This document shows, one piece after another, positions 40,162 to 50,815 of a stretch of 64,000 nucleotides of DNA (position 1 is its first letter; each line of letters opens with the position of its first letter). Location: assembly GCA_026023565.1 (NCBI GenBank), contig JAPETS010000051.1:1-64000 (forward strand). Reading direction: 5' to 3'. The translations under genes and the position numbers were made by a program. Source of the stretch: Cirrosporium novae-zelandiae. Taxonomy: Eukaryota. Below the pieces are notes generated by a model. It made no database searches, had not been told where the DNA came from, and saw only the letters and a program-made list of their open reading frames with translations.

Positions 40162-42237
40162 ATGAGCGGAATCGGATTCGCAGGGTTAGCTCTTACTATC
40201 TTTCCATTGGTGGTTGAAGGAATGCAATCACTAGTGTCTGGTGTACAAAAGATAGACACATGGAGAAAATACACTCGTAAAGTCAACGGCTACGCAATTC
40301 TATTGAATGGCGAGAAGTTGATTTTGAGGAATTCCATCATTAGCCTGCTGAATGGTGCTTTATCGACAGAAGACCTTAGAGACTTTCTTAAAGAGCCTAG
40401 TAGCGAGCGCTGGAAAAGACCCGAATACGACAAAGAATTGCAAAAATGTCTTAGGCAGGATGTGAAGGTTTATATGGATTCGATATCGAATTTAGAATCA
40501 TTGTTGCAGGATCTCATGAGAAAGATTGAAAATCTGAGGCCGTTATCGTCAGCATTCACAACAAAGGTAATTGTCTCCAAGTCTCATTAATGGTACTTAT
40601 ACATGGAACTGAGAATTGGAGCCAGAAGTCGAAAGAAATAACACAAAACCAGAGAGTCGGAATAGTCAAGCCTATTTGATGCAACCTGGACCTGTAATTA
40701 GAACTCCACAGCAATACTTGAGCCGCCCGCTGTGAATTTGCGATGTCAAGGATACTGTCATGTATTTGTTTAAATTTGTTTGGTGTGGGGTATAACTTTA
40801 CTGACTTGAAATTACATTCTTCAGAATTCATGGACTTCAACCGTCCTAGAGCGAGGCAACGCCCGATTCCAACAACTCATATTCGCATTTTCTTGGAAAG
40901 AGTACGACAGCCTTTTAGACAATATCCACACTTCCAATGAGATTATCCGCTCACTGACGACCGACGCCATACAATTCCAATCAATGTACTCGAGACAGCA
41001 TATCTTCACCGAGTCAGTTGTCGATTTCACATTAATACGAAATCAATCCAGGAGTCTGTATAACGCGTGTGTGAAGCACCCGTGGAAATGCCCTTGTCGT
41101 GATCAGCATGTTGTAAACTTGCGCCTTGAACCTAGGCCTAGATTTATATTAGTAGAGGCTAAAGAAGAGGATGAGAGGAATGATAGATTTTACGTTATCT
41201 TGTGGAATGAGCCGGCCAGGACTACCTTTTCTTGGAAGTTTCCTCAAATCGAGATTGAGCCAATCGAGACTCAGGATGGAAACCACCCTGCAGTTCAACG
41301 GCAAACTGACAGATACCAGGCGGCATCTTCATCGAAAAAAGGAAAATAACCTATGAGGTTCATAGACGGATTGCTTTTAGCCACTGTCAACGCTGCATGC
41401 ATGCCATTGTCTGCACAGAATTTCGGGTCCACGGCTGCGTCAAGCCCCAGTGAGAATCTAATCTTCGATCTTTGTGAGACACTAGTTAAAGTAGATCGTA
41501 TTAACCAGTGCCTAGGCATTCTATCCGATGAACAAAGCAAGCGAAAGTATAAGGTATATTCATCTATGGCTAGTGATGAGGAAGCTTTTTCACAAGGTTC
41601 TGCCTCAAATTTCACCACGACAATTTCATTGCAAGAAGTCCTTACCCAGATCTCGCTAGCCAAAGGATCGATAACTCATCGCGATCGATACTATCTTGCC
41701 CTAACTCTCGCATCAAGCGTACTCCAACTTGATGGCACGGAGTGGATGCACAACAGTCTTAGAAGCTGTGATATCCTGTTTGCGAGGTACGGTCGAAACA
41801 AAATTGATTACTGCTAGCCCTATTTATCGCGGATAGTCGCCTACCAAATTTTAGATACTAGGAACACACCGAGTTCCTAGCTGGCTTCCTTACACTTAAT
41901 CAAGATTGAGACTTTATATAACCTCACCGTTAGCCTCATCGAGCTCGCCCTAGGCAAACCAATTTCTTCGCTCCAAGAACCCCAGGATAATTTCGAGAAC
42001 AGTCCCTCTATTACCGAATGGAGAACTGTACAACGGCTGGTATCCAAGGAGGCTATATCCAACAGGGTCGGAGAAATTTTTAGCAACGTGATCAAATGTT
42101 GCATAGAGTACCAATTCAGCCAAGATATGGATGTGAATATGGACAGTGAAGACTTCCAAAAAGCTGTCTACAACGATGTGGTGGCTCCATTAATGAAACA
42201 AATAAAAATATTCGACGGAAGAGGAGGGATACCATGA
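40162..42237 (+). pseudogene. Disrupted fungal accessory gene (HeLo-like N-terminus plus DUF7580/kinase-like C-terminus)
   Basis: Exon 1 MSGIGFAGLALTIFPLVV, intron 40567-40824, then one reading frame (WKCPC...HVVNLRLEPR; RYYLALTLASSVLQLDGTEWM; LIELALG; VIKCCI; FQKAVYNDVVAPL). In-frame stops at TAA 41347, TAG 41815 and TAG 41878. Confidence 0.78.
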
Positions 42238-43168
42238 ATACATCCAATGTACTGTACAAGGGTTTAGAGAGTCTTAATGTAGGCAATCGATCATTCTTGT
42301 TGAAAAATACCTTTCCAGCAACTTCTATCTCATGAATGACATTACAACGAAACTTTAACTAAACAGGAAGTTTTAAGTTTTATCACAAGGAAATCTCGGT
42401 ATCTCGGGACAAATAAATAGTCTAAATCACCCAACTAATCAAATATCAGTCAGCTAACTAATTAATTAGTAACCAAATACCCAAATCCCGTTCCCGGCAT
42501 ATTCCCATTGTTGGACCTTTGAAACAGGGGTAAAAAAGAACAAAAAAAAGAATAAAACTACCGAGAAAGTTAGATCCTAAACCTTGGGTATCCTTATCAA
42601 AAAAAAACCCCCCAAACAAAACTTGAAATTGCTTAACCGCAGCAACAAGCAGTAGCAGTAGCCCGCCGTTGTCCTACGCTTGTCTTATTACCAAAAACAA
42701 AAGGAGTAGTTTGGATTTATTTTTAGAAGATATTTCTCTCTCTCTCTCCCCAAGGCTGAGCTGTTCTCACTTAAAGTTTGTTTGTTATCGCTACAGCAAC
42801 AACAGCAACAACAGCAACAACAGCAACAAATTAACTAAGCTATTAGACTACACCTAAAAATATCTTTATGCGTTTTCGGCAAAAAAGAAAGAGAGAAAAA
42901 AAGAAGTTGCAACATATTCTATTAATTAATTAACTAATCATTATTGTTTGTTTGTTTGTTGTTATAGAAATTAATTAATTAATTAGAAAGATTACCTACC
43001 ACCTACCTACCTTGGTTTCAAAACAAAAGTTGAAATTGGGTTTTTGCTTTGGTAATTAATTTAATGGGCAAGTACCAAAGTAATTAATAGATTTTGGTAC
43101 TTGTACTTGTATTTTAAAGGGTTCATTCAGTGTTTTGGGTTTTGAGGGGTTAGTTATGATGTCATGTC

Positions 43169-44753
43169 ACGGCATGGGGGCCACTGGGGGGAAGGGGGGG
43201 GGTGGATATGAAGAGGGCAAGTTAAGTAATTGCAAGTTTGGTTACTCACCAAGCCAAAGACCTACCCAATTAACCTCGTAATAATAAATAATAACAATAA
43301 ATAATAAAGCATCAAAATTTCCCTTTAGTTAGGTGTGTGTCTTTATCAAACGCCGCTTCTCTCCCCCGAAAATTTCCGCGTAACCCTATCTACCTAGGTA
43401 TGCTTACAATACAATGTTATACAAGTACGTCCAAAACCTAGTTTTGCAACCCCCTAGTTGGTATCATGATGGTATTCAAATCCACCGCCCATCCATCAAA
43501 GTAGAATAACAACGAAGTAACCACTTCAGCGGTGTTTGTGTATTAACAATTATTCTATTCATCCCCATCCCCATCCCCATCCCCATCCCCGATACAAAAA
43601 AGCCCAAAGGCGAATGATTCCTCCTCCGCCCCATCTATCTCCTTCAGCTAACAAAACAAACAACTCGTAAAAATCCTAAGGGCGACATGCGGACAATAAA
43701 AATAAATCATCATCACTCTTAAAAACCCTCTCGGTCTCTTCTTCTTCTCCCTCGAAAACTCTATGATGGCTATGGCTATTTGTCTCGTCGGTGCTGAAGA
43801 CAGAGACAGTCATAGAGTTATAGAGTCATAGCGTAGCTACCTGTCCAGTTTCAACACATCGCCCCCTCTATCACAGATAAAGTTCTTGTGACTTCACCAC
43901 CTCCGGTGGGTAGCAACAACCTTCGCCCCATCGGCCTTTGACAGAGGTTGCAAATTGTGTTTAGGCGTCGGTCGGTCGGTCGGTCGTTGGGAAGAAGCTT
44001 TCGTTCGAGGTCCGGAAGGGGGCGACGGTGACAGTGATCTCGCTGTTCCCTAAGGTTTGTCTTTGTCTTAGATGTGACGGATCAGGCAGGACGAGCTCTG
44101 AGGAGTGTGTCTCATAGAGAGTTTGATGGTATTTTTGCGACGCATGGGGTAGGGGAGGGATGTCAGGATGAATTTAATCACGTCCAGATACTAAGACTTG
44201 ATGACACATGTTAGCAGTTTCCGGATAGAGGTAGAGGGTGTCCTAGTAATAGTAACAGGGTTTACTGTATCCCCTCCTAATAAGTAAAATGTAGATTAGA
44301 GGTAACTAGGGTGGGGGATGAAGGCGAAGATATCACGGGCGGCATGAAGATGACATGGAGAGGGCTGTCTGTAGGCATTACTCGACGGGGGGAGAAGAGA
44401 AAGACTCGTTGAAGTAAGAGGAAAAGAATAAGTTTTTGCTGCCAATACTGTTATTGTTGAGGTATCACCGACTGGGGTTTAATATATGTAGGTCACGCTT
44501 TGTATTATTGTATTAATAGCCTTGGTACCTAACAAGGGTAATTATAAGGACGTGAAGAATTCCACAGCAATGTTGGGAGAAAAAAATAATAAAATTCTTT
44601 TTTTTTCATTTTTCTGTTCAAAATCTGTAGCACAAGGTACATCAGAACCTTTCTATTCTGTCACGTTTTTTTGGTTTATCAACCAGAACACATCATCCAA
44701 AAAGCACATGAAAATAAGGCTTCGCTGTACAATAACCAGCCAGCCATGCCCGT
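43169..44753 (+). ncRNA. Candidate large structured RNA, possibly telomerase RNA (template-pseudoknot core; true ends unknown)
   Basis: No credible ORF. TAACCCTA at 43381-43388 is followed by at least eight nested long-range helices spanning 43391-44527 with G-U pairs on the + strand. A U-rich/A-rich pair lies at 44654-44717 and a possible closing helix at 43169-43177/44744-44753. Confidence 0.55.
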
Positions 44754-45038
44754 TCTCCCTCCTCCAACCGCACATGTAGAAGAAAAAAAAACATTCCGAA
44801 TTTAGAAACGCCCCTGCCAAGACCTGCATTTGACTGGCATGCCCTTTTCCCGTGCAGTCATTGCAACATCTCATGGGTATCATAGGGGAGGAAATAGTAA
44901 AACAAGAAATAATAGGAAAATGCCTTCCCCCTTTTTTTTCCAACAAGGAATCCATATCCGTTGGCCTGGCAGTCCTGATTGTAAACTCCGTCGCAATGCA
45001 TCTCAAAAAACAAACTGACCTACCCCTCCGAGCACCTC

Positions 45039-47261
45039 TCAACCGTGGATGTACTTCGAACCACGGTGGATCTCTTTCTTCATTGCTGACAATCGTTCAT
45101 GCATACTCTTCAGCCTCGCGAGATCGGCTGGGAGAGGGGAGTTGGCTGTTGAAACTTTATGATGCAGCTCAAAATAGTTCTTGTAGTATCTCTCGAAATT
45201 TCTTGCTTCTTCCATGATTCGGTCCTCATCGGGCGGAGAGTCGCTGCCACTGGACGTGGTAGCAGTTTTGGCAGAAGCGGGAGGAGAAGTTACAGATTTG
45301 GACTGGTGGCGCTTATTGGTTGCATAGTCGCTATTTGCTTTTGCGGTATTGATGTCTGAGATTTTACGCTTTTGAGGATGCCGAGGCGTGGTAGTGGCGG
45401 ATTGGGAATGATTCGGCAAAGTATTAGACTTAGATTTTGGAGGCACTGGTGACAGTCGATGGCGCTTGTTGTTCTCACTGGGTTTCGTGACCTCTGTTGC
45501 TTCCGCCTTACGTTTCAAGGAGAGTGGTGCTGAGGAGTTTTTCTGTCGTTCGGAAACCTTCACAGTACGGATTGTGGCAGGTCTCTTTTGAGGAATTGCT
45601 GGAGACGCTTTGGTCGAAGAGATTTTGAAGTTGGGACCTTGATCTTCAATATCGGAGGCATTGGTTGGCGGTGAGGATCCTAATGGTGACGGTTTTTGAG
45701 GAGAGGTTGTTATCTTTTGACGAGATACATTCTTCATTCGCTGGACTGACTCGGAGGTGGAGCCATTCATCTCGCGTGATGATGGCTTTACAGCTGGCGG
45801 GTTTGGATGAGTCTTGCCAACCTGCTTGGTATTACGTTTTGGCGCAGCTTTAGGGACAGCTTTAGGGGCAGACTTCGCAGTTTTCTCCTTGCCTCCTTTG
45901 TTTTTGGGCTGTAACGATTCATGAACATTATTTCCAACTGATGATTCGTTCACCATCCCTGCTTCGTCATCAGAATTTTTAATATATTCCGCCGATTTGA
46001 CCTTCCCAGTGGTCTTCCCAGCAATCGGGGCCTTCTTTTCTGTTGGTTTTGCCCTAGGAGCCTTGGGTTTTGCAGCAGCTGCAGGCCGTTTGTTTTTCCC
46101 TAATAGACGGGCCTCTTGCCTCTTCCTAGCAGATGGATCTTGGGGAGCTGAGCGAATGTTGGGAGTCGAATTTCCAGAACCGACAGAGATGTCTTCCGAA
46201 GGAGCATGTTGCACCTTGATTTGTGGGGTGGTAGCGCTGGAAGCTTGTCCATTGCCAATCTTGAGTCTTGAGAGACAGATGCCTTGGTTGCGCTTTTCCT
46301 TGGGTAGAAGTATCTGCCACTGCTTTTCCTTGGGACCAATTCTCATGCGATCGAACGCAGAAACAGCATGGTCGACGGCCTGCTGACGTTCACCATCTGA
46401 AGCATAGGGGAAGGTCCAAATATCCAGCTCCTTGTAGGTTTTGTCTGTCAATTCCCACTTCGTTGAATCGTCTCTAGATGTTTTCGCAACCTTTGAGAGT
46501 ATCTCTTTGCAATCTTCAATAGACCCCTTGATCTTGTTGACAAGAAATTTTGTTGAAGCAGGTTCAGCTGCAACGAAATGAATCAACGGATATCTTATGG
46601 CTTGCATGCGCTCAACTTTAGGATTAGCTCCGAATGAATTGGACCTAGGAGGCACAAAACCAGAAAGTGAATCATTGGGCCGATTTTCTAGAGCCCTTTT
46701 CGCTAGTATGCCAGGACTCCCCGAAGGAGTGGCTGAATTGCGACCTGTCCCTCCGAACGTGCCATTGAGCTTGCTCAATGCGGACCTCGAAGCAGTGGAT
46801 CGAGCCTGGTGTCTTTGTCTCATGGGATTGTTTACCGGCTCCATGATACTCACTTTTGCGGATCTGGCATCTCTCTCATGCTTCTTGGCCTGCAATGAGA
46901 GTTCCAGCTGGAGTAGAGCTGGGTCTGGAGTGCTTGGGACGCTCTCACTACTTTTGGGTTCGACATCACGAGCGACAACAGCATGGAGGGAAACTTGTTG
47001 TGAATTATCCGTAGCTGTTTGGTAGATTTCGAGCCGCTTAGAGGTTTTGGTAGTGCTAATCTCCTTCGAGGCGGTTCCATAGCGGAGCAGAGCCCTTTTC
47101 CCCAAGCTGATGGATGCTGCCTCCTTGTTCACACATGCTCTTATAAAATCTTGGGCAGTTTTTGGATCGAAATTCAACAAAATTGCTTGCTTTGGTTTTT
47201 CGGAAAGGGGGTTGAGAAGTGTTAGGTCTTTCGAAAGGTCTGTGTAGTGTAGGGGAGCCAT
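45039..47261 (-). CDS. ell1: RNA polymerase II elongation factor ELL-like protein
   Basis: Central domain RYPLIHFVA...WELTDKTYKELDIWTFPY...AVSAFDRMRI and a C-terminal occludin/ELL-like helix (ARNFERYYKNYFELH...MHERLSAMKKEI). The start may be slightly upstream (47270 or 47294). Confidence 0.8.
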   Translation of the reverse strand: MAPLHYTDLSKDLTLLNPLSEKPKQAILLNFDPKTAQDFIRACVNKEAASISLGKRALLRYGTASKEISTTKTSKRLEIYQTATDNSQQVSLHAVVARDVEPKSSESVPSTPDPALLQLELSLQAKKHERDARSAKVSIMEPVNNPMRQRHQARSTASRSALSKLNGTFGGTGRNSATPSGSPGILAKRALENRPNDSLSGFVPPRSNSFGANPKVERMQAIRYPLIHFVAAEPASTKFLVNKIKGSIEDCKEILSKVAKTSRDDSTKWELTDKTYKELDIWTFPYASDGERQQAVDHAVSAFDRMRIGPKEKQWQILLPKEKRNQGICLSRLKIGNGQASSATTPQIKVQHAPSEDISVGSGNSTPNIRSAPQDPSARKRQEARLLGKNKRPAAAAKPKAPRAKPTEKKAPIAGKTTGKVKSAEYIKNSDDEAGMVNESSVGNNVHESLQPKNKGGKEKTAKSAPKAVPKAAPKRNTKQVGKTHPNPPAVKPSSREMNGSTSESVQRMKNVSRQKITTSPQKPSPLGSSPPTNASDIEDQGPNFKISSTKASPAIPQKRPATIRTVKVSERQKNSSAPLSLKRKAEATEVTKPSENNKRHRLSPVPPKSKSNTLPNHSQSATTTPRHPQKRKISDINTAKANSDYATNKRHQSKSVTSPPASAKTATTSSGSDSPPDEDRIMEEARNFERYYKNYFELHHKVSTANSPLPADLARLKSMHERLSAMKKEIHRGSKYIHG

Positions 47262-50200
47262 GATGCTCATACCCGAGAGAGAGAGTCGAGACATTCGGTA
47301 AGAGGCAGAAGCTTGATGGAAAAATGTTGGAGATGATGGGAGCAATAGCAAAAGCCAGCTGCTTTGCTAACAGAGAAACAGGACAAGTAAACGTCTTCTA
47401 CGATCCATCAGGTGAATTTGTAGGTTGGTTCGGGGTCAGTGGGATCGGAGGAGGTGAATGAGCCCGGTGGTTCGAGGTAACGTTGGATGTGAATACAACG
47501 AAGATTTGTAGAAACTGGAGATGGTTGAGATTAACAGTAAGCTACATGACAAGAAGAGTAAATGGGATGTGAAGGTTATGAAGTGAATAGTTGAAGAGTG
47601 AAGAGAACAATGGAGGGAGGTTGTAGAAGTAGAAGTGGAGGAGGAAGAGGAGGAGGAAGTGTTAAGCAGGGTGGGACAATAATGAGACGAACATGGGATA
47701 CATGGCTGTACAGGCTGGCTGTACTGGGCGGTACTGGGTTTGGTACTGGTTGGTACTGGTTGGTACTGGTTGGCTGTAATAGAATTTTAGTTACGACTGG
47801 CACTTGGGGGGGGGGGGGGGACCGACTGGAGTAAATGAGTGAGAGAGAGAGAAAGTAAGTAAGTGAGTAAGTGAGTGAGTAAGTGAGTGAGTGAGTGAGT
47901 GAGTGAGTGAGTGAGTGACGGACCTCTAGGGAGCCTAGGGAACCCAGGGAGGCCAGGTACAAGGCGGGCGTTCGGGCTTACCTTACCACACGCCTACCGC
48001 CAAATTCCCTTGCGGAGTTCGCAATGGTTAAACTAGTCAATCAAAGCACGAGCCTCCCACCCATCACCCATGCAGGTTCAGCCAAACTTGAATGAATCAA
48101 ACCACAGGCCGGCCAACAATAAAAAAAATAAAATAAAAAGTAGAAGGAATTTATAATTCAAAGCTAGGCAAAATGCGGAGAAGCAGGGGGAAGTCTTTCG
48201 TTCAAGCTCGGATCTCTTCCAACTCTCTCACTCGCCGATTCATTCTGTATTCTGTCTCTTTGAAAGAAAGAATACCTAATATTTAATTGTGTGGCAATGT
48301 GCAAACAATCTTCTTTTTACTATAACACATCTAGGCTAATGTTTCTCTGGATACAAAGTATTGTAGAAGGAGAGAGAATGTAAAAGTACCAAGGGAATCA
48401 AGGGAACCAAGGGAACCACAGAAACCAAATATACTGTTGTAATGCAATCCATCCATCCATCCATCCACCTGATGAACTGTCCGAATGACTTGAACGACTG
48501 AGAACCATAAAGCCTCAAAGCTTGTGAGCCTGAGAAGTCTGAGAAGCCTGAGAGCCTGACTGTGCCACTTGATTGTTTCTGATTGACTGATATGATTGAT
48601 TGAGTAACTACGAGTAACTACAAATAACTATTCTAGTTGATAATCTACAAAAAAATGGCTTTAAACATGGCATAATAATGTAATGCTTACTGACTTCTGC
48701 AATAGAATCCAGACAGCACATTCAACATATTCGGCTAGTGGGATTATTTTATTGGGTCATGCATCTTAGCCACACTAACAAGGGTAACAAAAGGACCAGG
48801 GCAACAATAAGGATAAGGAATAAGGGCAAGGGGGAAGAAAATAAAGGGTAGAAAGCACAGTTCTTTTTTTAAAATACAGTAGTAATTAGTAAACAGTTGA
48901 GAGATTCAATCGAAGGTTGAGGAGAGGAAGAAAAGAAAAATGAGGAGTGGAAGGAGGGGGGGAGGGAGTAGAAGGTACGGTACCTAGGTAGTTAGAGGGG
49001 AGGGGGGGGGGTAACTCTGCAAGGGCTTTTTCTTCTTTATTATATCCGGCGCATACATTATTGTTATTTGATTATTATTTTAAATAATTATCTCTTAAAC
49101 TTCAGTCCCTTTTTTTTCTCCAAGTGGCCAAATATTCAAATTCCATTGAGGTAGGTGAAGGTGAGGTACCTTGGCTGCCCCGTTGTCTAATGTACTGTAC
49201 TGTACATTTGCGTAGCTGGCAGTTGGTAAGTTGGCAAACCTACCTAGGTAGTTAGCAGCCACAGCGGTCTACAAGTTAACTACCTACTCTATTAATTACA
49301 AAAGTACCTCTTCCGTCTCCATTCACTTTCGAATCTTACTACACAGTCCATGTGCATAAGAGTAAGTACTGTAGTAGAGTTTTGCCCCACTGTTGCCGAG
49401 TTTCGCTGGAAAACAGAACTTGTCCGTTGAATTAAAATGCATTTCTCCGCAACCACCGCTGAGTCGTCGCTATTTCTACGAATCGTACCACCTTTTGTCC
49501 CGCCCTTTCGGGCTTCACTCTGACTCTCTCTCTCTCTCTCTCTTTCTCTATCTCTCTCTCTCTCTCTTCCAAACTTCACTACCGCAGTGATTCAAAATAA
49601 AACAAAATACCGCAAAGTGAAAAAAACAAAACAAACAAAAGCTTTAAAAATCAATTTATATTAGTTTTAATTCAGGTACAACTGTTTTTCCTTTCAAGTT
49701 TGAATTTTATAGATTTGATTGCAGGGTAACAAGAGTCAAACAAGTGCCAAACTGGGTTACTTTTTCAGATGAGCCCGGAGTCCAGGAAAGTTTTGGCCCT
49801 CGGTAAAGACCGTAAGACGATTCGAAGATAAATTCGAAGTCTGGAGCCATCCGACAACGGGAGAGCCGCTGGCCTTGATCCCGGCGGATTACCAAAATTA
49901 CTTACTACTTGAAGTTGAAAGAGCTCTAGTGGAAAGTTAGCAGGGCATCTCTCATAAGTTATAACTTATAACTACTTAGACAAGGAAGCAAATGCTGATT
50001 AATTCAACAATTTGGGACATTTCTTGCAGAACCATTAGAATCATCAGAATCCTTTCATCATCACTCATCATCCAAGAGGACGGATATCGATCTATACGGG
50101 CCGTGTTTGTCCCTGAACCCTGACGAACAACAATATTTATTTCCTAATAAAGCTAAGTTTGTCCGACTATCCGATCTTCCGAGAAGCGAAAATATGGGGA

Positions 50201-50815
50201 ACCTTCACACCTTCAGACCCGTCAGATGGACGCCTCACTTATCGATTGTACCGAGGCCGAAACCCTACCACTTCATCACTCACCCATCATATCCTGTCGA
50301 CATGATGGGGAAATGAATAATGAATAATTGGCTGAGTAAAAAGAAATGCTGGGAGTGAATGAATATATATGAATTAATTAAATCTAGGTCAAGATTATTA
50401 TTTTCATCTGTTGAATTATTTATTTTATCAAGTAAGAGAGGATCGAGTCTATTTTTAGCCCCCAAGGCTATGTCGAAACCACCATGATTCATGATTCATA
50501 CACCCTGTACCCTGGTCAAACTCTACTCTAGTTACCAATTCAATTCACCTTCACAAGCAGCTCACAATAAGGGCTTCCAAGCTACTCGTCTCACATGCAA
50601 CTTCTTTTTCCTCTGTACATTACATTAAATTCAACCTTTCTTACAATAGAATCAGGAAACCACATCTTCAGTTTATTGCGCCTTCCTAGCCAAGTCCTTC
50701 CAATACTCATTCCAACACCCATGCCTTATTCATGGAGAGGGGGGTTCCATCAGGAACAGCCTCAAATTCATAATGTTTTATCCTTTCGGATAATATTTCT
50801 ATCTTTGTTGTTGTC

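Noticed and set aside
35800..42300. Starship or transposon insertion carrying the accessory genes
   Set aside because: No tyrosine recombinase, transposase, terminal inverted repeats or target-site duplication is recognisable in the window.
44007..44026. GAGGTCCGGAAGGGGGCGAC resembles SRP RNA helix 8, with a T-run at 44132
   Set aside because: It lacks the conserved AGCA 3' side and a fungal Alu 5' motif, and the segment pairs better within the long arm.
44100..44114. GAG-TGTGT-CTC mini hairpin as telomerase P6.1
   Set aside because: The loop lacks U at position 2, and it lies 5' of the putative pseudoknot, which is the wrong position.
44130..44137. Sm-site-like TATTTTTG suggesting an snRNA
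   Set aside because: No U1, U2, U4 or U5 signature nearby, and it sits in a paired region in the middle of the arm.
44522..45217. Short ORFs of 62-129 aa downstream of ELL
   Set aside because: Mostly non-ATG starts, low complexity, no motifs, and they overlap each other and the ELL end.
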